Positions 14,691-26,300 of a stretch of 64,000 nucleotides of DNA are shown in pieces (position 1 is the stretch's first letter; every line of letters begins with the position of its first letter). The translations under genes and the position numbers were made by a program. Below the pieces are notes generated by a model. The model searched no databases, had not been told where the DNA came from, and worked only from the letters and a program-made list of their open reading frames with translations. Source of the DNA: Octopus vulgaris (Eukaryota); contig OX597829.1 of the NCBI GenBank assembly GCA_951406725.2, forward strand, positions 32,240,001 through 32,304,000. The letters run 5' to 3'.

Positions 14691-14919
14691 ATCAGTTTTA
14701 TAGAAGAAAGAATATATTTTATTGAATCAAACCCATTTGCATTACAGGTATCTATTTTGTAAAGTCTGGAGGCATGAAAGATGAAATCCATTTTACCAGG
14801 ATATGAACTCTTTGTCAAGTGACTTTCTAGTCAATAATGGTAGATATTTTCTTCAGCGTTTGTGTTGACAACACAGCACTTGACCTGTGTTGTCACTTTT
14901 AAGGGATCAGCAACGACTA

Positions 14920-15235
14920 ACCATTTATTTGACTTGTTTGCCATTAGACTGTGACCATGCTGGGGCACTGCCTTGAACTTTCGTCAAATGAATCTACCCT
15001 GGTCCTTTTTTTTTTCATTCCTGATACTTATTCGTTTGGACTCTTATGCTGAACTACTAAGTTACATGGATGTAAACACACCAACAGCTGTTATCAAGTG
15101 ATGGAGGGATGGACACGCGCTTCTTTCAGTTTCTGTCTATGAAATCCACTCACAAGGCTTTGATTGGCCTGAAGCTATAGTAGGGGACACTTGCTGAAGG
15201 TGCCAAACAGTGAGACTGAACCTAGAATCATATGG
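14920..15235 (-). mobile_element. SINE family A
   Basis: CATTAGACTGTGACCATGCTGGGGCACTGCC...TTCTTTCAGTTTCTGTCTATGAAATCCACTCACAAGGC. Confidence 0.8.
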
Positions 15236-15977
15236 CCAGAATTTTAAATTTATCATAGACCTAATGTTTTGGTTCCAAGTTCAGTTAAAAAAAATAATAA
15301 ATTTTTTATTGTTGCTTTTTATATAGAATTCCAATTCTTGGGTAGAATATTTGATAGAGGTTTTTACAGCTGGCTACTTCATGTCTATTTTGTACTGGTA
15401 CCATTCACCGTTTATTAAGTGGGACAATTAAAAATTGCATTAACACTGAAGACAAGGGTTCTTAACTTAGTTCTCTCCATACTGTATGTGTGAATAGGAT
15501 TCTGGTAGCAGTTTTTTCTTCATTAAAAGACTTCATTTGAGCAACAATTCCATGAGAATACCCAGCTAAAGCTGCATATTGTTGAAATTTTAATATTTTG
15601 AGTGATAAACTTAATCAGTTGCTGAGATTAACCACTATTTGGTTCCCAGGGTGCTTTTAGTAGAATCCACTCCATTGCAAGAGTTTAGATCAGGCTTCCA
15701 GTTTGAGGATGACTTCCTCTCATGTTGTCAGTGATTATTATTGTTCAGTTATGAAGGTTAAAGCAAAATAGTCTTTGAGTTCATTTTCAAATTTGAAAAA
15801 TTAAGGGTTGGGAATTGGTGAAATGGATACACTGTTAAAATATTGTGAATCCCCAACTTATTTTGTTGTGTAGACCTCTCAATATATGGACCCTTCGGGG
15901 TCATACTGACCTGGTCTAAATCATTAAAATGTGTTTGCTTTATCGTCGTTATCTAAGATATTAAGTTTTGATTTTCA

Positions 15978-17990
15978 TCTAATATATAAAGTAGAGGTGT
16001 GTGTGTGTATTCACTTTTCACGTGAAAATGTCTTCAATTACTTCCATACTTATGATGCATGAATAATTTGACTTCAGACATATAAGGTCTTCATTTGATT
16101 TTTGATTTTTTATTAAAAAAAAAAAAAAATATTGCTTTATATTTATGATTCACTTCTTTAAAAAGGTTTCCCAATGTCACTTTCCAGTATTGACGTATAA
16201 ACGGCTCTGTCTCACTCTCTATTTTAATGTTTGCTATTTGTAAACAACTATGATAAATTACTGAAAGAAATATTTATGAAGTTCACAAATTTAAATATTC
16301 GGTACAAGATAGTTTTTAATGTGTTTTTATTTCTGCGATTTATTTAATTCCCTATTTATGTCCTTCATTGTTTGCAGTATACACCCCCTCTCTCTCCCCC
16401 CTCTCTCTCTCCAGATTTGATTTCATTTTGAACTCGCACACTTCGTTAATTTCCGTAAAAATTAATTTTCTTTTTGCACACCATATTCAGCTCTGTATTT
16501 GTAGTCAGTCACACATGCACATGTGTGTTTTTGCATGTATGTATAGATTTATGTATGTATGTATGTGTGTGTGAGTGAAGGGTTGTGTTATGTATGCATA
16601 CATACATAAATACATATGCATACATCTTTTTTTCTGTGTGCATGAGAGAGGGAGTGATGTTTAAGTGGCTCTCTCTCTCTCTCTTACATACACCCGCACA
16701 CATGCATACCAGAAAGATGTATGCCAATTTATGTATGTACGTATACATGACAACACACCCCTTCTCTTGCTCTCTCTCACACATGTCCATTTCATCTGAT
16801 GTTTGATACTGTTTGTATATATATATATATATATATCTGTGTGTGCGCATGTGTGCAGCATTCCACAATCGCCAGAAAAAAGCAGAGGAATTATCTTTTT
16901 TGATGCTCCTGATTGCACAGGTAAAACATTTGTAACATTGCCTCTCTCCAAGGTAAGGTAGCAAAAAGAATTGCAGTTGCTGTACCATTGTCTGGCTTTG
17001 CTGCCACCATTCTCCCAGGGGGACAAACAACTCATTCTGCTTTTAAATGCCAATTTATCATTTGGGGTGAATGCACCATGTCACATAGAGGTGCAATGGA
17101 AGCTCTTGGTAAGACCTTACAGGTCATTAGAGGCAACAATAAATCTATGGGAGGGATTACATTAGTTTTATCTGGAGACTTCAGACAGACATTACCAGTC
17201 ATTCCCAGACGAACAAGATCTGATGAAATAAAAGTATGCATTAAGTCTTCATACCTATGGAATAAAGTACTGAAATTCTCCTTCAATACTAATGTGTGAC
17301 CTTTATTCCATGGGGACCAATGTGCAAAACAGTTTTCAACCTGGCTCCTCCAATTAGGAAATGGGGAAAGTACCATTTGATGGGAATGGTGATATCAGTT
17401 TGGCTCATATTGCTATCATGGGGAATTTCCCAACTGAATTTGAAGAACAGAGTATTGCCAGACTTAAGTAATAATTATAATTCACATAAATTGTTGTGTG
17501 AAATGGCAATTTTTGCTCTAAAAAAAGAGAGTAGCAAAGATTAACCATGAATTGAATGAGATTCCAACAGTCATTAAGGAGTCCAAATCAATTTATTCAG
17601 TCCTTCCTTAATTCTCTTGAGCCACCTGGAACTCCTCCACAGAAACTTTTTCTGAAGGTGGGAGTCCCAATAATGCTTCTAAGAAATTTAGATCTTCCTA
17701 AATTATGCAATGGGACAAGGTTGATTGTGAAGACATGGTCACCTAATGTGACAGAAGCTATCATCAATGGATGTGCCTCTGGGGAAAAGGCTATCATTCC
17801 AAGAATTCCAATCAAGCCAATAGGCATGCCATTTGTGTTCAAATGAACACAGTTCCCAGTGCGACTTTGCTTTGCAATGTCTATTAATAAAGCTCAAGGT
17901 CAGTCTTTGAGATCTACTGGCTTGCTTTTCTCATGGTCACTTTTATGTTGGTTGCTCTAGCATAAAAGTGGTAAATTTTGTATTTTCGTT
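15978..17990 (+). mobile_element. Defective Helitron
   Basis: A|TCTAATATATAAA 5' end followed by a TG microsatellite, then Pif1 helicase remnants; 3' hairpin/CTAG end not identified. Confidence 0.7.
16865..17960 (+). pseudogene. Helitron Pif1-family helicase pseudogene
   Basis: FFDAPDCTGKTF (Walker A), [81 protein letters not shown]; interrupted by stops and frameshifts. Confidence 0.92.
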
Positions 17991-18382
17991 TATTTTGTAT
18001 TATGAATTCAGAACTGATTTCCCAATTAAAGAATAAATTTTATCCCAATTGAAGAATAGATTGAATTTAGAATAACACACTCTTTTTAATTATCTAATGA
18101 AAATGCTTTGTTTTGATAGCCACTTTTTGTTCATTTTAAGAGTTGATGAGGTCATTTTTACATTTTTATTAGAACTGTTTTGTGTAATAGCCAAATCTTT
18201 CTTGTCCAATTTACACAGAGCTTTCAAAATAAAGGAACACACAATCAAATAAAAGGTTCCAAGTTGTCAAATGATCTTACTCTATGTGGCACCAAAATTT
18301 CCTCTCAATGAACTTCCTGCTGCCTTTATAATAGGAGCTACATGAACTAGTGAAGTTTCAGTATAGAAATATTTACTAACTA

Positions 18383-18625
18383 AGGCACAGGAGTGGCTGT
18401 GTAGCAAGTAGCTTGCTAACCAACCACATGGTTCCGGGTTCAGTCCCACTGCGTGGCATCTTGGGCAAGTGTCTTCTGCTACAGCCCCGGGCCAACCAAT
18501 ACCTTGTGAGTGGATTTGGTAGACGGAAACTGAAAAAGTCCCAGGGTCGAGTTGCTCGACCAAAGGCGATGCTCCAGCATGGCTGCAGTCAAATGACTGA
18601 AACAAGTAAAAGAGTAAAGAGTAAC
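18383..18625 (+). mobile_element. Young SINE family A copy with internal deletion
   Basis: CpG-retaining head GGCACAGGAGTGGCTGTG...GGTTCAGTCCC; jumps from GAAACTGAAAA directly to the 3' module; tail AGTAAAAGAGTAAAGAG. Confidence 0.88.
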
Positions 18626-18653
18626 TCAACAATCAAATCTCCCTGTAAAAACT

Positions 18654-18815
18654 CATCATCATCATCATCATTTAACGTCCGCTTTCCATGCTGGCATGGG
18701 TTGGACGATTTTGACTGAGGGCTGGCGAACCAGATGGCTGCACCAGGCACCAATCTTGATTTGGCAGAGTTTCTACAGCTGGATGCTCTTCCTAATGCCA
18801 ACCACTCCGAGAGTG
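18654..18815 (-). mobile_element. SINE family C 3' part
   Basis: (TCA)n TTTAACGTCCGCTTTCCATGC...GCTGGATGCTCTTCCTAATGCCAACCACTCC. Confidence 0.82.
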
Positions 18816-20212
18816 GTTGTATTTAAATAGAAGAAAGCTACAGTCTTAAAATATATAATTATTAAACAATATAGTTGACAGAAATAGATGGTTAACAAAT
18901 ATATTCATATGTCACAGGTCTTCTTTTAGAGGTAACAGACAATTTAACAAGAACAATCTTCTTACAATGTTAATACATTCACTTTTATCTGTCCCACAAA
19001 TCTTATAAGATTCCATATTTTAGTGTTATGGTGATGGAACTTGTGTAGATGCAGACCTGTTGAGGAAATTCATTAAATAGCATTGTTTCTTTCCTCTGTG
19101 TCCAGCACATTTAAGAATGTGCTCGACTGTCGATTTCTCATGGACATAGTCTAGCACTACTAATGAAATACAAGAAATAACAGCCAAATTGTTCTCATAT
19201 CACATTATACAGTTAATGAAATATAGTGCATAATGCTATGTCCGAAAAAAAAGAAAAAGAATATGGTTACTGCTGGAATCTTTTCAAGGTCTGCTGAGTG
19301 AAGTTTTGTCTTGGGGCTATACAACTATTATGGATCATTAAACTAGTGATCTCAGAATTTCATTTCATAATTGTAGAACAATCTTATTTTGACTTTTCTG
19401 TTTCTACCTGGATGTATGAACTCTTGTAATCCTTTTCTAATAGCAAATTACCTCATATGATGACTGAGTTTCTAGCCCATAACACTCAAAGGGAAATGTT
19501 TATAACTGTTTAATATAAACCCATAAGTCTTTCATTAATTTTAAATTAACATTTCAGATTTTGTTACTTATAGTGTGTGTGTGTGTGTGGTTTGAATGTT
19601 TGTTTAATGTGCATTAAAACTACCTCATTATTCATAGTTGATTGTTCTAATTGACTAATTTTGATTGAGTCCTAGAACTCTTGGGTTTATGTGGTATACA
19701 TGAGAACTTTGTCTTCTTGTACCTTTTCTTAACCATGTTTTGGTCTATATAAACCCACATCTTTCATTTATTGCTACAGACAAAACACTAACAGTACTCC
19801 AGTTGGAATTGTAATACTAATCATTTAGCCACCTATAACTTACTCTGTGTAAATATATACAGCTACAAAGAAGTAACAGAAAATATTTTAAGGCTATTTT
19901 CTCTGCTAGAGTTTAGCTTTACAAGCCGCACAATGGTCTCCATAACCTTTAGCTATACTTTTTGTGGTTTTTCTCTCTGCTTCCTTTCACATTATTTCTT
20001 TCACTCTTCTGTCATTCTTATGATGCAGCCCACTCATTCAATTTCTCTTTATGATCTTCACTGGTTCTGTTCTCCTCATTCACTGCAATTGTTGGTTAGT
20101 CTTCCTCTCTTTCAGCAATAAAGAAACCTACAATTATTAATTTTTTAATGTCATATTTTCATGAAATATTGAAATATACATAGTCTAAATGTTATTCATA
20201 TTTCTTTGGCAG

Positions 20213-20333
20213 AAATTCTTTGAAGTTGAAGATGCAATTGAAGGAGAGAAAAAAGAACTTCAAGACAAGGTTGAAAGCTTGGAATCTATTGTGAGAATGT
20301 TAGAACTAAAGGCCAAAAATTCAGCAGATCATG
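20213..20333 (+). CDS. SPAG9/MAPK8IP3: JIP3/4 exon, N-terminal coiled coil (KFFEVEDAIEGEKKELQDKVESLESIVRMLELKAKNSADH)
   Basis: tttctttggcAG acceptor, ATG|GTAAGT donor, 121 nt, phase 0 to 1; strong similarity to the JIP3/4 LZI coiled coil. Confidence 0.95.
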
Positions 20334-23300
20334 GTAAGTTCCAAATTATCTTGTCTGAGTTGGAAGTTTTAAACTATTTCATTTTTTTTGTCATATCTAT
20401 CTTATTTAATGATCTTGTAGGACCTTTGACTGTTCTTTTCACCAGCATTCTAATGTTCTCTTTCACATTCTTTCATGTGTCAGATTTAATTTGATGAGGT
20501 GTATTTTCTTTGGTCACTTGCCTTTCCTCTTGTTGACATTCACCTGTTTACAAGCAAGATGATATTTACCTATGGCTGGACATGTTTTCAATGAAGATTA
20601 ATGATATAACATCAGTCATACAAGCAGTGTACTTCATTTTCAGTTACGTGATGTCATGACAAGGACACGCACACACTTTGTTTCTGCCTATCAAATCCAC
20701 CCACATGGGCCTGAGCCTGAAACTATGTGACCAGGAAGCAAACTTGTCAACCACACAGCCATACCTGCATCAAAAGTCATATTTTTAAAAAATAGTTCAC
20801 TCAATTACTGAAGTGAGACTTGTTTGTTTTAAGACATTTATTTTTTCATATGCAATAAAACTAAAGACAGGACTTAAAGTTTAAAAGACCATTCATGATG
20901 TATGATACATTGTTTATAAAAAGGCTTTCTATTGAATTTGTAAATACTTAAAATAGAAAAGAAAATGTGCAGGGTGGGTGATGGCAAACTAATGTAGCAT
21001 TCACTAGCTTCTAATTGTTACTACCAAATTTATATTTATCACCTAATAACATGTAAAAGTTAATTGTTAGTTGGGATTCCCATGATTTAAAGTTTGCAGA
21101 TGGATATAAAGACAAAAGGTGATAAAATCAAATCATGTTTAGTGGTTTGTTAGTGTGAATTGTTTATTGTATGACAAGTTATAAATACCTTATTTATTTT
21201 TCAAAATTTCTCTGGGTAATTTGATATTGTACGAAGAGCATTTAATAGTGACAAGAAGCTTTGTTATTTGCTGTCACCTGTGTTGCAAAAAAATATATCA
21301 CATGACCAGAGGTGATGTGTGCTACGGGAACAACACCAGTAAAGAATATCATATGACCACTGCTTATGTAAATGTCAAGATTGTAGGAATGTCATTAATT
21401 AGGTGCCCTCTAGGGTTTGGCCTTTTGTGTCTCCTGATTAAAAGGCTACAATTGTTTTATTTCTTCAACCCTTTGTTACCGTATTTCTGTTGAAATACAC
21501 AGCCTTTGTTTCTATAAATTTTGAAAATAATTTAGTACAATAACTTTGTCACTTAGCTGGCATGGAATATATATTAGCATGAAATGTTTTAATTTAAATC
21601 TCTTCAAACATGAAGTTTGTATCATAGAACCAAAAGTGGTCTCAGGTGAGTCGATATAAAAATGGGATTAAAGGTGAAGTTATTTGCATATAATGGCTGT
21701 TAATTTAAAGTGCTAGACAATTTATTGTTAGCCTAGGTTCATCAACCCTTACTTCTGCAGTTATTGTATTGTGTAATGAACCCTATACTTAGTCTCTATA
21801 CCTGTCAACAACTAAGGCTGGATATTTAACTAGGACAAAAAAAAAAAAATTCTCGTGTTTCAAACAACTGCATTAAGATATGTAAAAACAATTCTATTTT
21901 ACTTGTAAGTCAATGAAGGTGTGATTATAGGAAATACTGGTTTAGGTTAGTAAATAGGTGTGTGAGGAGAGGGCAGAGATTATGAGAGCATTGGACAATT
22001 ATATTGAGTACATTTAAGTGGTGAGAGCATGATACATTCAGAGAGATTTGACAGTGGTCATAATAGTTAAGGTATTGGTCTACTTGCTCATAGGTCATCA
22101 TTTACCACCCATTTACCTTGTTGGCATTGGTTGGCTGGTTTGATAGGATCCAATGAATTAGAGGACTGCATCAAGTTCCAATGTCTGCTTTAGCATGATT
22201 TTTATTGGTGGATGCCCTTGTGTGGTGCTTTTTATGTAGCACCAACATTTGTGAGGTCACTAAGTAACTTGCATGACAAGACACTTACAACTGAGTGGAG
22301 GTGTAGTACAGAGAAGTGAAGGTATGATAGAGAGAGAGGAACAGGTATCTTGTTGAAAAGGAATTACATGGATTCCCCAGCTAGTGAGGGAGCTGGATAG
22401 AGAGAGAGAGAGAGAGATGGATAGAGAGGGAGACAAGTAGATGTGAGAGGTGTTTCAATGTCTCTGTCCAGAACACTACATTCTCAGTTCACCTAGTTGT
22501 TAGTAGTAGGTACCAACAAATCATTTGGTAGATGTCACATGGTAGACCAGTTAGTGTCATATCCTGGTGCACGTTTATCTCTCATTATTTCTATTTCTGT
22601 ACAGCCATATATTCTACATTATTATTGTAGGTATTGCCAAATCCTGAAGTAATCTTACATGTGACAGGTTGGCATGTTATCTTGGTGAAGGTTTATTGCT
22701 CATGTTTCTGTATACAACATTATAGTCTTCAATGCCACACTCTATCTAGGTAACTACCTTAATAGTTGTGATTGACTAGCATCAGTAATAGATACCAGAT
22801 CATCTGGGGATGCTACATGTGATTGACTGGTGGTTTCTAAACTGTTTGGGTTGAGGATAAGAACCATAATGGAAAGGAGGAAATATTGTAACAGTATTAG
22901 AAAAGTGTTGCCATCTCTCTCTTTCTCCTAAAATGGATAGTCCTTCAGGCTGTTCTCTCATTATTTAGCTCCTGTTTCATGGCATCAAATCAATTGGGGA
23001 TTTTATGTCAGTATATCATAAATATATCAGTCTCTGGCACAGCTTAATGTTATATGCATCAGCCTTATCATTACCTTTTTCTTAGTGGAGGCGGTGTTGT
23101 TTTCAGTCATGTTTGTTTGTCCATGACAAAATATCTTGAGAATCACTGAATGGATTCAGATGAAACTTTCAGGGATGTTTGGCCTTGTGACTGGTACAAA
23201 CTGATTAGATTTTGGGATCGATCTGGTACTGGACAAAGATTCTGGATTATTATATTTACTTTACGTGAAGTATTACGATCTTACATTGACTTTCAAGTCT

Positions 23301-26300
23301 TTCTCTGGTTGTCTCCCTTGAAAGCAGGCTCATGGTTTCCATGCAAGTTATGGCAGCATTGCTGTTCCAAAGTTTTATTTTCATTTCTCTATTAATTTTA
23401 CTTGCATCTCTTCGAAACTGATGAATAAAGAAATCAAACTACATAAACAAATGGCAGCAAAACCATTCAGAAATTGAATAATACTAACATATTCAATAAC
23501 AATGATAAATTTAAATTATTCTTGACAATTTTCAGTTTTACCAATTTTGAATATATCACTCCTGTTTAAAACCTCTTACGTACTTGACAATTGCATTTCT
23601 AGCTCTGCCTTGAAGGGAGCTTTACTTCTTGGACTTGTGTTTTTGTGCACAACAATTTTGTTAAACCTCTGTTAGCAGCACCGTATGCAGGTCCTTTCCA
23701 TTTTCTTTCACACACAGATAAATTTTTCCCTATAGACCTTAATGGTCGTAAAGACACTATATCAATGTATAGACTAAAAAAAAAGGCCTTCATAGAGAAA
23801 ACTGTCCTTGTTTCCACTGCAGATGACACACACAGCATTACAAACATGGCCTGCACACTCACCTTCACATTCCATGACTACCATTGGGATAGATCATGTA
23901 CCAGACAAGGATTTTGGATTATTTTTGTTTTTTTTTTCTACTTAAGTTTTGAGGATGGTCAGGTTCATTTTTAGTATTCTCGTTTGTGAGAGTAGTCGAG
24001 TTTCAGATATTTCCATTTTAAAAATCATCTCTGGCTAATTGTTGAGAGGACATTGGTGTTACCTTGGCAGAGGTTTGCACTCTCTGAGTGCTCGTTTGTT
24101 TTTCCATGCTGATGTGGGTTAGACAAAATTGGACAGTTTGCCCTCACCAAACGCCACCTAATTTTCAAGTAATGTATTTTTCATTCAGCTGGTCCTCACA
24201 TGCTTAAACTAAGGGATATCTGTTTACTGGATAATGTAAACGGATGTCACTGTTTTTCACTCAGGTGCATGTTCAGGACATGCACACACGACAGGTTTCT
24301 GTATAGTTTCCATCAATTCCATTCACAAAGCTTCAGATGGCTTCAATCTTTGGGAGACGTTCAACCAAGATGCCACACAATCGGACTGAACCCAAAACCA
24401 CATGGTTGCAAAGAAAATTTCATAACCAATCATATTTGTGCCATTAATATAAATTGATAGTTTATTTCGTACTTTTTTTTTCTAGTTTCTCGTTTGGAGG
24501 ACAAAGAGGCAGAAATGAAGAAAGAATACAGCAAACTACATGAGAGATATACTGAGGTAAGGCTGATCTTTTGGTTGATTATTATTATTAGGGTGGTAGA
24601 GTAGCAAAATCATAAGAGCATCAGACAAAATGCCTTGTATTTCTTCCAGCTCTGTACATTTTGAGTTTATATTCTACCAAGGTCAGTTTTGTCTTTCATC
24701 CTCAAAATTTAAGTACCAGTATAGTACTGGGGCTGATGGTGTTGACTAAACTTCTCCTAGTAAAATTGCTGACTTGGTATCACAGAAACACTTATTCTCT
24801 TTCTTACCAATTTGAACAGTGAATATTTGAATTTGTATGTGATAATCAGTTAAAATTTACTTAATTCCTAATTGGTCTTCATGTAACCACTGCTAAGCAA
24901 TGGAGATGAGCAGTGTTAAGGAAAGAACAGTTTTTTTTTTTTTTAACCTCTGCTAGACTGTTGAAATGACATTGTGAGTGAGACACTTGTTTCACTTTGT
25001 TTTAATTTTCTACATCACAACATTTGATATTTATTGACCTCTTGATACAATATTTCTACTTTTAAAACAAAACTGAAGTTCTGTTGCTATATTCATTTCA
25101 AGTTTCTGATCTCCTTTTTGTACTTTTTTATTCTTACATATTTTTTCATGTTTATTTGATCTTTTATATATTTGTACGTGCAAATGAGTGCACTGAAAGT
25201 ATACATACATAAGAAATATAATCCATTTCTCTTTAATTTCCTTTTATGTACAGTTGTTCCGAACTCATATGGATTATATGGAACGTGCTAAAATTGTGAT
25301 GGGCACAGACAGACTTGCTGATCTTGCCAATAGTCCTCGCGTAAAGTATGTACAACCTGTTATCATTGTTATTACTATTTTTAGACTGGCAGGAACAGTG
25401 TTGAATTAAAATGTTTAATGTTATTTAGACATTTAGTTCACCCTTTAATGTTTTGGATTCAAATCCCTCCCATTTCATTTATATGGTAGTGTTATATGTT
25501 TCACATGAACTACATGTTTACTATATCATTTGATGGTCAATGTGATTTAGGATTGGTTTGGGTTACATCTGAAGATGGTTTGGAAATTTTCACGCAGTCC
25601 ATATCCGACATCAATCTTTTACCTCAAAGAAATATAGATTCTCTTTGAAAGCTTGAATGTAAATGAAATTTACTGAATGAATTATATGACACTAATAAGG
25701 TGTCTCAAGAGAGGGTGAACCCACAAGGAATCACCTGGTCTTTGGTATTGTTCTATAAGAATAAGATTGTCAGATACAATCCTTAGTGTGAATGCAATGT
25801 AAAAATAAAGGTGAAGATACAACATTCACCTTGTAGTTGCTGGCTTCGTATAATTTGCATATTTACTACATCACATGACTCAGTCTGATGGTCAGGTGAT
25901 ATGTGCTGTTTAAATTGGTTAACAGTTTGATAGTTTTTAAAAATTTTTTTATCTTGAGATAAATACTTTATAGCAGGACTTCTTTGTTAGACTTGCACAT
26001 TGTTGGTCTTTTATGTCATTGGTTGAAGGTATTGCAGAGACAACTTACACACCGCTGCTGTGCTTGGTCTGTTTCCTGAAGCAAATGCTTAACCTCAAGT
26101 ACACTTACTACCTCTCCACTCATGAATACAACATAAAAGAAAGTCAATGTTTGTAGCATCCACAGAGTGGCAGATGTCAGACGTTGCTTAAGTATAACTA
26201 TACATATCTGCTTTAGGTTCCCTCACTCCAGATATTCTATAAGGTTTCCTCCCAAAGCCTTTTGTGAACACTTAATAAATTACCCCCACAAGGCAACATG

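Noticed and set aside
16988-17846. Functional host PIF1 gene
   Set aside because: Stops, frameshifts, degenerate Walker motifs, no introns, Helitron-type context.
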